Below, piece after piece: positions 21,466-31,192 of a stretch of DNA of 64,000 nucleotides (position 1 is the first letter of the stretch; the number at the start of each line of letters is the position of its first letter). The notes below the pieces were generated by a model. The model saw only the letters and a program-made list of their open reading frames with translations. It searched no databases and had not been told where the DNA came from. The position numbers and the translations under genes are program-made. Source of the DNA: Alphaproteobacteria bacterium. Its GTDB lineage: Bacteria > Pseudomonadota > Alphaproteobacteria > UBA2966. The stretch spans positions 832,001 to 896,000 of the forward strand of contig OZ219858.1 in the NCBI GenBank assembly GCA_964291395.2, read 5' to 3'.

Positions 21466-22889
21466 TGCAGACGAGCCAGGCCTTTCGCGAAAACGCGGTC
21501 CGGGCGATTGCCGACGATGAACTTCGCGCCGCCCTGGATAAGGTGCGCCGGGGGTTCGGAGGCGCCAGGCGCCAGGCCGCAGTCGACCGTCTCCCGGAAT
21601 TCGAGGCGTTACGGGACGCCGCCCGGGATATCAAGAACCATGCGATCGCGCTTCTCGACATTTATCTGGAGCGATTCGAGCAGCGCGTCGTGGAGAGCGG
21701 TGGGGTGGTTCACTGGTGCGAGACTCCGGGCGAGGCCCGTGACCTGGTGTTGCGCCTTTGCAAGGAGGTCGACGCGCGTACTGTCACCAAAGGCAAGACC
21801 ATGATCGCCGAGGAGATCGGCCTCAACCCGTTTTTGGAATCGCACGGCATCGCGCCGATCGAAACCGACCTGGGCGAGTACATAATCCAGCTCGCTGACG
21901 AACCGCCGAGCCACATCATTGCGCCGGCGATTCACAAGACCAAGAACCAGGTAGCCGATCTGTTCCATGAGCACCACCAGCAGTACGGCAAGACTCAGCG
22001 GCTGGACGATCCGGGCGAACTAGTCGATGAGGCCCGTCAGGTATTGCGCCGAAAGTACATCGAAGCCGATGTCGGCATCACCGGCGCCAACTTCCTGATC
22101 GCCGAGACGGGGAGCACCGTGATCGTGACCAACGAAGGTAACGGTGATCTGACGCAGACGCTCCCCAAGCGACACATCGTGCTGGCGACGCCCGAAAAAA
22201 TCGTCCCAACACTGGAAGACGCGACGACCCTGTTGCGGGTTCTCGCGCGCTCCGCGACCGGGCAGGAGTTCTCCGTCTACACGACGTTCTCCACCGGACC
22301 GCGGCGGTCTGACGACCTCGATGGGCCCGAGAGCTTTCACGTGATCATCTTGGACAACGGCCGAAGTCGGTTGGTCGGGAGTCCCTTTCAGGACATGTTG
22401 CGCTGCATCAAGTGCGGCACGTGCCTGTTTCATTGTCCGGTCTACGCTTCTATCGGGGGTCATGCCTATGGGTCTGTCTATCAGGGTCCCATGGGCGCCG
22501 TGTTGACCCCGAACCTGATCGGGCTGCCGACGACGCGTCACCTGCCCAATGCCTCCAGCCTGTGCGGTCGTTGCGAGGCCGTCTGCCCCGTGCGCATACC
22601 GATTCCCCGCATGCTGCGGCACCTGCGGGAGAAAGGCCTTGGCGAGCGCCTGGTGCCGTTGCGGGAACGCTGGGCGGTTGCGGCTTGGGCATGGATCGCG
22701 CGGCGCCCTCGGGTCTACCGCCTCTGGGCCCGGTTCCTCGTGGGTGTTCTGCGGACCATCGCGGGACGGTCGGGACGGGTGCGTCGGCTGCCATTGTCGA
22801 GGGGCTGGACCGGTGGACGGGACTTTCCGGCGCCTCAGGGAGAGACTTTCATGGATCTCTGGCGGCGTGCTGGACGGGGAAAGACGTGA
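21465..22889 (+). CDS. lutB: lactate utilization Fe-S protein LutB/YkgF/LldF
   Basis: GTG at 21465 overlaps the lutA TAG; ETDLGEYIIQL, PSHIIAPAIH, TNEGNG, CIKCGTC..HCP, CGRCEAVCP. Confidence 0.94.
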   Translation: MQTSQAFRENAVRAIADDELRAALDKVRRGFGGARRQAAVDRLPEFEALRDAARDIKNHAIALLDIYLERFEQRVVESGGVVHWCETPGEARDLVLRLCKEVDARTVTKGKTMIAEEIGLNPFLESHGIAPIETDLGEYIIQLADEPPSHIIAPAIHKTKNQVADLFHEHHQQYGKTQRLDDPGELVDEARQVLRRKYIEADVGITGANFLIAETGSTVIVTNEGNGDLTQTLPKRHIVLATPEKIVPTLEDATTLLRVLARSATGQEFSVYTTFSTGPRRSDDLDGPESFHVIILDNGRSRLVGSPFQDMLRCIKCGTCLFHCPVYASIGGHAYGSVYQGPMGAVLTPNLIGLPTTRHLPNASSLCGRCEAVCPVRIPIPRMLRHLREKGLGERLVPLRERWAVAAWAWIARRPRVYRLWARFLVGVLRTIAGRSGRVRRLPLSRGWTGGRDFPAPQGETFMDLWRRAGRGKT

Positions 22890-22902
22890 AGGCAGGCGCG
22901 AC

Positions 22903-23592
22903 ATGAGTGCTCGTGACGCCATCCTCGGTCGCATCCGCAGTAACCTCGGTCGGGATGGCACCGGGGAAAGTGCCGCCGACGAGCGGCTCGCGCGGCACCA
23001 GGCAGGTCCGCGCCCGAAGCGGGCCGAACTGCCGCATCCCGATCAGGTGGATTTGTTCTCGACCATGGCGGAAGAGGTCGACGCGACCGTGGCACGGGTG
23101 AGAAGCCTCGGCGAGGTGCCGGAGGCGGTGGCCGAGTATTTGATTGCGCACAACCTGCCTGCGCGCCTGGTCGTCGCGCCTGACGGGCGCCTCGACGACG
23201 TTCCGTGGGAGAGTAAGCCGACGCTCGAGGTTCACCGGGGCGTCGCCGACGAAACGGATGCCGTGTCGGTCACGCCGGCGTTCGCCGGGATCGCCGAAAC
23301 CGGCACCGTGATGGCCACATCCGGAAAGGACACGCCGACCACCCTCAACTTTCTGCCCGAGACTCATGTGATCGTCCTTCGCGAGCGCGAGGTCGTGGGC
23401 ACCTACGAAGACGGCTGGCGGCGACTCCGCGAACAGGCCGCGGCGTCCGGACGTGCCGGAACGATGCCCCGAACCGTGAATTTCATCACCGGTCCGTCGC
23501 GGACCGCGGACATCGCCATGACCCTTTACCTCGGCGCCCACGGGCCTCGGCGCCTTCACATCATCCTGGTTGGTGATGATGACGGGTGGTAG
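22903..23592 (+). CDS. lutC: lactate utilization protein LutC/YkgG (LUD domain)
   Basis: MSARDAILGRIR, GIAETGT, FITGPSRTADI...GAHGP. Confidence 0.92.
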   Translation: MSARDAILGRIRSNLGRDGTGESAADERLARHQAGPRPKRAELPHPDQVDLFSTMAEEVDATVARVRSLGEVPEAVAEYLIAHNLPARLVVAPDGRLDDVPWESKPTLEVHRGVADETDAVSVTPAFAGIAETGTVMATSGKDTPTTLNFLPETHVIVLREREVVGTYEDGWRRLREQAAASGRAGTMPRTVNFITGPSRTADIAMTLYLGAHGPRRLHIILVGDDDGW

Positions 23593-24184
23593 CCGACCGA
23601 CCGGGAAAGCGTCCCGCCTGGAAGCGGAGAACGACGCAGACCTCTGGCAACGTGCTATGCGGGGCACGGAGCGGCTTTCGCCCGGACGCAGACATTCGGG
23701 GGGTACCGAGGAGCCCGTTGCGGACCGCGATCAATCCGCATCGGAGGCGCCGCAGGGCCGGGCGCGTCCCGCCGACGTCTCGAGTCGAGGCCCGCGGCCA
23801 AAGGAACCGGCAGTGCCAGGGAAGCTCGACAAGCACGTGATCCGTCGCATCAAGCGAAGAGTTCAAGGCGTCGAGGCCCGCCTCGACCTGCACGGTATGA
23901 CCCAGAAGGAAGCGCACGTTGCCTTGCGCCGGTTTATCCGGGATACGGCAGTTCGTGGCTGTAGATGCGTTCTCGTCATTACCGGCAAGGGAAGCCAGTC
24001 GGATACCGAGTCCGAATTTCGCGGCTCGGCGCCTGGCGTTCTGCGCCGGTCCGTGCCGTACTGGCTGAAAGCCCCTGATCTCTCGCGGTACGTTGCCGGG
24101 TTCGAACCGGCCCTGCCGAAGCATGGCGGTGCCGGCGCCCTCTATGTGCAGCTGCGTCGGGGTCAACCCGATGGGCGTGGATGA
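23570..24184 (+). CDS. Smr/MutS2 C-terminal domain protein
   Basis: LDLHGMTQ, VLVITGKG, HGGAGALYV. Confidence 0.93.
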   Translation: MVMMTGGSRPTGKASRLEAENDADLWQRAMRGTERLSPGRRHSGGTEEPVADRDQSASEAPQGRARPADVSSRGPRPKEPAVPGKLDKHVIRRIKRRVQGVEARLDLHGMTQKEAHVALRRFIRDTAVRGCRCVLVITGKGSQSDTESEFRGSAPGVLRRSVPYWLKAPDLSRYVAGFEPALPKHGGAGALYVQLRRGQPDGRG

Positions 24185-24193
24185 GATTGGGGC

Positions 24194-24784
24194 ATGGAAA
24201 TTCTCCGACAGCAGATCGGTGCTCTTCTCGAGGGATTGCTGCGCCCTGTCGCCCAAACCCTGGCGAGATCGGACATTTCACCCAATCACGTCACGGTGGC
24301 GGGCTTGGTGGTCAACCTCATCGCCGCATGGCTGATAACGCGCGGCGACTTTTTCTTCGCGGGCGTGATGTATCTGCTCGGAGGTGGCTTCGACCTTCTC
24401 GATGGCATGCTCGCCCGGGCGACGAACAAGGTGACTGCCGTCGGCGCCTATCTCGATTCGACGCTTGACCGAATTTCGGAGGGCGTGATCTTTGCGGCGA
24501 TTGCCTATGTATTCGCCCGTGAAGGCCACGCCGTCGATGCCGGCATGGTCTTGTTGGCGTTGCTCGGATCTCTGCTGGTCAGCTATACCCGCGCCCGCGC
24601 CGAAGCCCTCAGCGTCGCCTGCAAGATGGGGATCGCGACCCGGCCGGAACGGGTCGTGCTCATCGCCCTCGGGCTGGTGACCGGATGGTTGGCGCCGGTG
24701 ATCTACCTGTTGGTGGTGCTCACGGGGATTACCGTAATCCAGCGCATTCGCGCCACCGTGGTGGGGTTGTCGGGTCGGGTTTGA
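24194..24784 (+). CDS. CDP-alcohol phosphatidyltransferase (PIP/AIP-synthase-like)
   Basis: SPNHVT; signature DLLDGMLAR-x8-G-x3-DSTLD; SYTRARAE and TRPER motifs. Confidence 0.85.
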   Translation: MEILRQQIGALLEGLLRPVAQTLARSDISPNHVTVAGLVVNLIAAWLITRGDFFFAGVMYLLGGGFDLLDGMLARATNKVTAVGAYLDSTLDRISEGVIFAAIAYVFAREGHAVDAGMVLLALLGSLLVSYTRARAEALSVACKMGIATRPERVVLIALGLVTGWLAPVIYLLVVLTGITVIQRIRATVVGLSGRV

Positions 24785-24840
24785 CGGAGACTGGATGCCG
24801 CAGCATTAATGGTTTTTCTGTATTGATGCAGCAATCACCC

Positions 24841-24861
24841 TCTCTGAATAGCTTTCAGAGA
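24841..24861. terminator. hairpin immediately after the hslU stop, in the convergent gap
   Basis: TCTCTGAA-TAGCT-TTCAGAGA. Confidence 0.45.
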
Positions 24862-26172
24862 CTACAAAATAAACTTGGATAGATCGGCGTTTTTGGCTAG
24901 TTCCGCGACCTGTTCGCGCACGTAAGACGAGTCGATGGTGATCGAATCGCCCGGCCGGTCGGACGCCGTGAAGCTGATCTCTTCCAGAAGTCGCTCGAGT
25001 ATCGTGTGGAGACGCCGGGCGCCGATGTTCTCGACGCCCGAGTTCACTTCCTCGGCCAGGGTCGCGATCTCCTCGACTGCGTCTTCGCTGAACGCCAGCG
25101 TCACGTCCTCTGTGCCCATCAGCGCCGTGTACTGCTTGATGAGGCTGGTTTCGGGTTCCACGAGGATGCGCTTGAAGTCCTCGTGGGTCAGAGCCTGGAG
25201 TTCGACCCGAATGGGAAGCCGCCCCTGAAGTTCGGGCAGGAGGTCGGCGGGTTTCGCCAGGTGAAACGCCCCTGACGCGATGAACAGGACGTGGTCGGTC
25301 TGGACCGTGCCGTGCTTGGTGGCCACCGTCGTGCCTTCGATCAACGGCAGGAGGTCTCGTTGCACACCCTCGCGGCTGACGTCGGCGCCGACGCGTTCCG
25401 AGCGGGCGCAGATCTTGTCGATTTCGTCGAGGAACACGATGCCGTTCTGCTCCACCATGTCGATGGCGTTCTTGACGAGCTTGTCCTGGTCCAGGAGTTT
25501 GTCGCTCTCCTCGGCAATCAGCACATCGTAGGAATCGCCGACCGTCATGCGGCGCTTGGACGTCCTTTGGCCGAAGGCCTTGCCGAAGATGTCGTTGAGA
25601 TTGATCATGCCCATGCTCGCGCCGGGCATGCCGGGGATGTCGAACGTGGGCATCGCGGCTCCGCCGGAGTCCGAAATTTCGAGTTCGACTTCCTTGTCCT
25701 CCAATTCCCCTTCGCGCAACTTCTTCCGGAATGTCTGGCGCGTGCCTTCCGAAGCGTGCTCGCCCACGAGCGCGTCGAGGACGCGGTCCTCTGCCGCAAG
25801 CTCGGCGCGCGCCATCACCTCCTTGCGGCTTTGTTCGCGCTGCATGTGAATCGCGATCTCGACGAGATCGCGAACGATTTGTTCGACGTCGCGGCCGACA
25901 TAGCCGACCTCCGTGAATTTCGTTGCCTCCACCTTGATGAAGGGCGCGTTCGCCAAGCGCGCCAAGCGGCGGGAAATTTCCGTTTTGCCGACGCCCGTGG
26001 GGCCGATCATCAGGATGTTCTTCGGGAGTACGTCGTCGCGCAGGTCATCGGGCAGTTGCTGGCGACGCCAGCGGTTGCGAAGCGCGATGGCGACGGCGCG
26101 CTTGGCGTCGTGCTGCCCGATGATGAAACGGTCGAGTTCGGAGACGATTTCGCGGGGGCTGAACTCGGTCAT
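24862..26172 (-). CDS. hslU: ATP-dependent protease ATPase subunit
   Basis: [43 protein letters not shown]. Confidence 0.99.
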   Translation of the reverse strand: MTEFSPREIVSELDRFIIGQHDAKRAVAIALRNRWRRQQLPDDLRDDVLPKNILMIGPTGVGKTEISRRLARLANAPFIKVEATKFTEVGYVGRDVEQIVRDLVEIAIHMQREQSRKEVMARAELAAEDRVLDALVGEHASEGTRQTFRKKLREGELEDKEVELEISDSGGAAMPTFDIPGMPGASMGMINLNDIFGKAFGQRTSKRRMTVGDSYDVLIAEESDKLLDQDKLVKNAIDMVEQNGIVFLDEIDKICARSERVGADVSREGVQRDLLPLIEGTTVATKHGTVQTDHVLFIASGAFHLAKPADLLPELQGRLPIRVELQALTHEDFKRILVEPETSLIKQYTALMGTEDVTLAFSEDAVEEIATLAEEVNSGVENIGARRLHTILERLLEEISFTASDRPGDSITIDSSYVREQVAELAKNADLSKFIL

Positions 26173-26176
26173 GCTG

Positions 26177-26725
26177 TCAAAGGGTCTCGAGGATCACTTG
26201 ATCGTTGGTGTAGATGCAGATGTCGGCGGCGATCTTCATAGCCTGCCGGGCGATTTCTTCGGCGCCCAACTCCTCTCGGCCGACCAGCGCGCGGGCCGCG
26301 GCCAGCGCGTAATTCCCTCCGGATCCGATACCGATGAGCCCGTCGTCCGGCTCCAGAACATCACCGGTCCCGCTCAGAATCAACGAGACCTTGCCGTCGG
26401 CGACGGCCATCATGGCTTCGAGACGGCGAAGGTAGCGATCCGTGCGCCAGTCCTTGGCGAGTTCCACACAGGCGCGTGTGAGCTGGGTCGGGTATTGCTC
26501 CAATTTGGACTCCAGTCGTTCGAACAGGGTGAAGGCGTCGGCCGTCGCACCGGCGAACCCGCCGATGACGGAGCCGTCTCCCAAACGGCGGACCTTCCGC
26601 GCCGAGGACTTGACGACGGTGTCGCCCATTGAGACCTGTCCGTCTCCCGCGATGACGACGGAGTCCGCTTTCCGGACGGAAAGGATCGTGGTGCCGTGCC
26701 AAGTAGTGGTCGACGCCTCGGTCAT
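26177..26725 (-). CDS. hslV: ATP-dependent protease peptidase subunit
   Basis: [37 protein letters not shown]; ATG 26725 within ORF 26177..28219. Confidence 0.98.
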   Translation of the reverse strand: MTEASTTTWHGTTILSVRKADSVVIAGDGQVSMGDTVVKSSARKVRRLGDGSVIGGFAGATADAFTLFERLESKLEQYPTQLTRACVELAKDWRTDRYLRRLEAMMAVADGKVSLILSGTGDVLEPDDGLIGIGSGGNYALAAARALVGREELGAEEIARQAMKIAADICIYTNDQVILETL

Positions 26726-26788
26726 GATCAGCTCCGCAAGCCAGGTCGCAGTGGTGTCCGATCCCGGAATTTCGGGGTGCGGCAAACC

Positions 26789-26816
26789 ATGTGGTGTTTG
26801 CTGCGTTCCGGTCAAG
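26789..26816 (-). promoter_or_regulatory. putative sigma32 (RpoH) promoter of hslVU
   Basis: CTTGAC-N16-CCACAT on the minus strand. Confidence 0.55.
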
Positions 26817-26929
26817 GGGCGTCGGCAGGGTCGAGAGAGGCTCCGTGCCCGCTCCGTCCGAACGGGCTTCTCGACTGGCGCTGAAATCGCGTTGCTGCTA
26901 CAAGGGCGCCGATTCTTGCGGAGGTTGTC

Positions 26930-27523
26930 ATGCGCAAAGCCGTGGTCGAACGCACCACCAAAGAAACGCGCGTTACCGCCGAGGTGAATCTTGACGGAAC
27001 GGGGAAGTACCAGGTCGGCACCGGCATCGGGTTTCTGGACCATATGCTGGAGCAGCTGTCCCGGCACTCGTTGATCGATCTCACCCTTCAGGCCGAGGGT
27101 GATCTTCATATCGACTTCCACCACACCACCGAGGATACGGGAATCGCCATCGGGCAGGCCGTCGCTGAAGCCCTGGGAGACAGGCGCGGCATACGGCGTT
27201 TCGGAAGCGCGACGATTCCCATGGACGAAACGTTGACGCAGGTTTCCGTCGATGTATCCAACCGCCCCTATCTCATTTGGCGTGTAGAATTTTCCCGCCA
27301 GAAGCTGGGCGAGATGGATACGGAGCTCTTCAAGGAATGGTTTCAGGCCTTCGCCCAGAATGCCGGGATCACGTTGCACGTTGAAAACGCCTATGGCCAG
27401 AACAATCATCATATTGTCGAGTCTTGCTACAAGGGCTTGGCGCGCGCATTGCGTGACGCCATCGAGCATGACTCGCGAATTGCGGGGGAAGTCCCGTCGA
27501 CGAAAGGCGTACTGAATGCCTGA
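26930..27523 (+). CDS. hisB: imidazoleglycerol-phosphate dehydratase
   Basis: [31 protein letters not shown]. Confidence 0.98.
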   Translation: MRKAVVERTTKETRVTAEVNLDGTGKYQVGTGIGFLDHMLEQLSRHSLIDLTLQAEGDLHIDFHHTTEDTGIAIGQAVAEALGDRRGIRRFGSATIPMDETLTQVSVDVSNRPYLIWRVEFSRQKLGEMDTELFKEWFQAFAQNAGITLHVENAYGQNNHHIVESCYKGLARALRDAIEHDSRIAGEVPSTKGVLNA

Positions 27524-27589
27524 GGGCGACGGTCGACTCAGTGTTGGGTCCACGCATGTGCCCGCCTTGATCGGCGCCGGGAAGCGGTC

Positions 27590-28252
27590 ATGACGGTCGC
27601 CATCATTGATTACGGATCCGGAAATCTTCGCTCCGCAGCCAAGGCCTTCGAACGGGCCGTGAGAGAAAGCGGTCGTTCTGACCCCGTCACGGTGACGAGT
27701 TCGGCCGATGACGCGTTGTCCGCGGACCGGATCGTCCTGCCGGGAGTCGGAGCATTCGCGGATTGCCGTAGCGGGCTCCACGGACTTGACGGGATGGTGG
27801 AGGCGCTGGAGGAGGCGGTTATCGTCCGAGGCAAGCCTTTCCTCGGGATCTGCGTCGGTATGCAGTTGATGGCTACGACGGGCCGCGAGCACGGCGCGTA
27901 CCCGGGACTCGGTTGGATCGATGGCGAGGTGACGGCCATCGATGTCCGGCCGACTGCGGAAAAGAATGGAACGGAGTTGAAAATTCCCCATATGGGGTGG
28001 AACGACATGATCCTGGACCGGGCGGATCATCCATTGTTTGCGGGGCTGCAAGACGGGCGCCACGCCTATTTCGTACACAGCTACGCGATGATCTGCCGCC
28101 GATCGGAAGATCAGCTCGCCCATGTGGACTACGGCGGGCCGTTGGTCGCTGCCGTGGGCCGGAACAATCTTGTGGGGACTCAGTTTCATCCGGAAAAGAG
28201 TCAGGCCGTGGGACTGCAAATCATCGGTAATTTTCTGTCATGGCGACCGTAG
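27590..28252 (+). CDS. hisH: imidazole glycerol phosphate synthase amidotransferase subunit
   Basis: [30 protein letters not shown]. Confidence 0.97.
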   Translation: MTVAIIDYGSGNLRSAAKAFERAVRESGRSDPVTVTSSADDALSADRIVLPGVGAFADCRSGLHGLDGMVEALEEAVIVRGKPFLGICVGMQLMATTGREHGAYPGLGWIDGEVTAIDVRPTAEKNGTELKIPHMGWNDMILDRADHPLFAGLQDGRHAYFVHSYAMICRRSEDQLAHVDYGGPLVAAVGRNNLVGTQFHPEKSQAVGLQIIGNFLSWRP

Positions 28253-28782
28253 TGAAACAAACCGGTGTCGAGTGGGTCACCGAGCTCGCGGATCAGGATC
28301 TCGAAGACCTCTGCGAGGCCACGGAGGAAGCCATCCTGGACGGGAACGGCTTTGGTTGGCTGACCCCGCCTCCGCGGCGGGTCCTCGAGTCCTATTGGCG
28401 CGGCGTTATGCTGGTACCCGAGCGAGACCTCATCGTGGCGCGGTTAGAGGGGAGCATCGCCGGGTCCGCCCAACTGTTACGCCCGCCGCCCAACAACGAG
28501 GCCCAATCCTTCGCCGCGCACGTCACGACGTTCTTCCTCGCGCCGTGGGCGCGGGCTCACGGCCTGGGACAAGCGATGCTCGAGTCCATGGAACAGCGGG
28601 CGCGGAGCGCTGGCTTCGGCGTGCTCGATCTTGATGTCCGCGCCACGCAGAAGGCCGCGATTCGCCTGTACGAGCGCGCCGGCTTCAGGAAATGGGCGAC
28701 GAAAGACAAGTACGCCTTCGTCGGCGGTGAGTTCGTGACCGGGTATTTCTTCGAGAAGGATCTCGGAGCTTCGTCCAAGTGA
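28240..28782 (+). CDS. GNAT family N-acetyltransferase within the his cluster
   Basis: [10 protein letters not shown] (motif A), LDVRATQ.AA..LYE..GF. Confidence 0.85.
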   Translation: MATVVKQTGVEWVTELADQDLEDLCEATEEAILDGNGFGWLTPPPRRVLESYWRGVMLVPERDLIVARLEGSIAGSAQLLRPPPNNEAQSFAAHVTTFFLAPWARAHGLGQAMLESMEQRARSAGFGVLDLDVRATQKAAIRLYERAGFRKWATKDKYAFVGGEFVTGYFFEKDLGASSK

Positions 28783-29504
28783 TCCTCTACCCGGCGATCG
28801 ATCTCAAGGATGGTCATTGCGTGCGTCTCCTGCGTGGTGACATGGAGTCGGCCACCGTTTTCAACGACGACCCGGCGGCCCAGGCGCGAGCATTCGAATC
28901 GGCGGGGTTTCAATGGATTCACATCGTCGACCTCGATGGTGCCTTCGCGGGGAGGCCGGTCAACGCGGATGCCGTGGAAGACATCCTCTCTGCCGTCTCG
29001 ATCCCGGTGCAACTTGGCGGTGGCATTCGGGATCTGGAGACCGCCGCCGCGTGGCTCGATCGCGGCGTGCGACGGGTGATATTCGGAACCGCCGCGGTTG
29101 AGAACCCCCACGTTGTGTGTGAGGCCTGCCGCGAATACCCGGGGCGGGTCGTCATCGGTATCGACGCGCGGGACGGCCGAGTCGCCACCGACGGTTGGGC
29201 CGCGGAGGCGATGGTAGCCGCCATTGAGCTGGCTGCGGAATTCGAGAGTGTCGGGGTTTCTGCATTCGTCTATACCGACATCAACCGCGATGGCGCGATG
29301 GCAGGCCCCAACGTGGAGGCCACCGAGGCCTTCGTTCGACAAACGGAAGTGCCCGTAATCGCGAGCGGGGGCGTGTCCTCTCTCGACGATCTGGCGGCTC
29401 TGAAACGTATCGGCCCGTACGGCCTGGACGGTGTGATTTCGGGCCGGGCGCTGTACGACGGCCGCATCGTCCCTGCCGACGCCCTCAAATTGCTGGCCGC
29501 TTGA
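28779..29504 (+). CDS. hisA: ProFAR isomerase
   Basis: PAIDLKDG, HIVDLDGA, QLGGGIR, TDINRDG, ASGGV. Confidence 0.97.
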   Translation: MILYPAIDLKDGHCVRLLRGDMESATVFNDDPAAQARAFESAGFQWIHIVDLDGAFAGRPVNADAVEDILSAVSIPVQLGGGIRDLETAAAWLDRGVRRVIFGTAAVENPHVVCEACREYPGRVVIGIDARDGRVATDGWAAEAMVAAIELAAEFESVGVSAFVYTDINRDGAMAGPNVEATEAFVRQTEVPVIASGGVSSLDDLAALKRIGPYGLDGVISGRALYDGRIVPADALKLLAA

Positions 29505-29516
29505 GGAGCGGACCCC

Positions 29517-30275
29517 ATGCTGAAGCCACGCATCATCCCCTGCCTCGACGTTCGCGGCGGCCGCGTGGTGAAAGGGATCAACTTCGTGGATTTGGTAGAC
29601 GCCGGGGATCCGGTGGAACAGGCCGGCGTCTATGACTCTCAAGGCGCGGACGAGCTGTGCTTTCTCGATATCACCGCCAGCCATGAAGGCCGCGAGCCGC
29701 TCTTGGATGTCGTCTCGGGGACCGCGGAACAGTGCTTCATGCCACTGACGGTGGGCGGCGGAATTCGCACGCTTGACGATATCCGGGCGTTACTGCTTGC
29801 CGGTGCCGACAAGGTTTCCATCAACACGGCGGCCGTGCACCGACCCGAGTTCGTTTCCGAGGCGGCCCACAAGTTCGGCAGCCAGTGCATCGTCGTGGCG
29901 GTCGATGCCAAGCGGAGTGAAGCCGGGCGGTACGAAATTTTCACGCACGGGGGGCGCGAGGCCACGGGGATCGAGGCGATTTCCTGGTGCCGCCGCATGG
30001 CCGAGCTTGGCGCCGGGGAGATTCTCCTCACGTCTATGGATCGGGATGGTACGCGCGAGGGGTTCGATATCGAACTCACGCGATCCGTCGCAGACTCGGT
30101 GCCCGTACCGGTCGTCGCCAGCGGTGGCGTGGGAACGCTCGAGCATCTGGTCGAGGGTATCCGGTCGGGTCACGCGACGGCAGTCTTGGCCGCTTCCATC
30201 TTCCACTTCGGTATATTCAGCATTCCGCAAGCAAAAGCCTACGTCGGCAAGGCCGGCATTCCCGTTCGGCGATAA
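29517..30275 (+). CDS. hisF: imidazole glycerol phosphate synthase cyclase subunit
   Basis: [35 protein letters not shown]. Confidence 0.98.
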   Translation: MLKPRIIPCLDVRGGRVVKGINFVDLVDAGDPVEQAGVYDSQGADELCFLDITASHEGREPLLDVVSGTAEQCFMPLTVGGGIRTLDDIRALLLAGADKVSINTAAVHRPEFVSEAAHKFGSQCIVVAVDAKRSEAGRYEIFTHGGREATGIEAISWCRRMAELGAGEILLTSMDRDGTREGFDIELTRSVADSVPVPVVASGGVGTLEHLVEGIRSGHATAVLAASIFHFGIFSIPQAKAYVGKAGIPVRR

Positions 30276-30378
30276 CGTGCTGGCGCTCCGTGTGCATGGC
30301 GGCGATGACACGACCTTTGCGATCTGATACCCAGACGCATTCCGTCGCCGGGGCAACCACTGCGGAGCGGTGAGGCGC

Positions 30379-30744
30379 ATGACCGAGGACACGCTGGATG
30401 GTTCGGCGATCGATCGCCTGTTTGCCACCATCGAAGACCGGAAAGCCGCTGATCCGGAAGAAAGTTACACGGCCAGGCTATACGCACGGGGGCGCGCCAA
30501 GATCGCTCAAAAGACCGGTGAAGAAGCGGTGGAGACGATCATTGCCGCGATGGCGGGAGACGCGGAAGAGGTGGCAAAGGAGAGTGCGGACCTGCTCTAT
30601 CATTTGCTCGTCCTCTGGTCCGAGGCAGGCGTTTGCCCGGCCGACGTTTACGCTCGCCTCGCCAAGCGCGAGGGCATATCAGGCCTGGAGGAGAAGCGGC
30701 GCCGAGGCGGCGGCCGGGACTTTGGCGGCTCGAGTCGGGCTTGA
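30379..30744 (+). CDS. hisE: phosphoribosyl-ATP pyrophosphatase
   Basis: SYTARL, KTGEEAVE, ESADLLYH, GISGLEEK. Confidence 0.96.
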   Translation: MTEDTLDGSAIDRLFATIEDRKAADPEESYTARLYARGRAKIAQKTGEEAVETIIAAMAGDAEEVAKESADLLYHLLVLWSEAGVCPADVYARLAKREGISGLEEKRRRGGGRDFGGSSRA

Positions 30745-30815
30745 ACGGCCATGGAGAGGCCGCCACGCGGTCCGTCGGGTATCCGGCGGGGGATGCATCA
30801 GGCTGGAGGGGTTGA

Positions 30816-31181
30816 ATGGCCTACGACGACGAGAACATTTTCGCCAAGATCCTGCGCGGCGAGATTCCATGCGACAAGGTGTACGAGGACGATCATGCGC
30901 TGGCGTTCAACGACATCAGTCCCCAGCGGCCGGTGCATGTGTTGGTCATTCCCAAAGGCCGGTACGTCGACGCCGATGATTTTGCGGCGAACGCCTCGGA
31001 TGCCGAGATCGCCGGATTGTTCCGGGCCGTCGGTGAGGTCGCGAAGAAGACCGATGTCGCGAAAGATGGCTATCGCATCCTTTCCAATATCGGGGCACAC
31101 GGCCATCAGGAGGTTCCCCACTTCCACATTCATGTGTTTGGGGGCGCCGATACCGGCCCGATGATCAAGCGTCAGGAATAG
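30816..31181 (+). CDS. histidine triad (HIT) nucleotide-binding protein
   Basis: NIFAKILRGEIPC, QEVPHFHIH. Confidence 0.95.
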   Translation: MAYDDENIFAKILRGEIPCDKVYEDDHALAFNDISPQRPVHVLVIPKGRYVDADDFAANASDAEIAGLFRAVGEVAKKTDVAKDGYRILSNIGAHGHQEVPHFHIHVFGGADTGPMIKRQE

Positions 31182-31192
31182 CGTCGGTCCGG

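Noticed and set aside
26726-28219. Apparent 500-aa extension of HslV
   Set aside because: Antisense to hisB/hisH; HslV needs an N-terminal Thr, and ATG 26725 with an upstream promoter fits.
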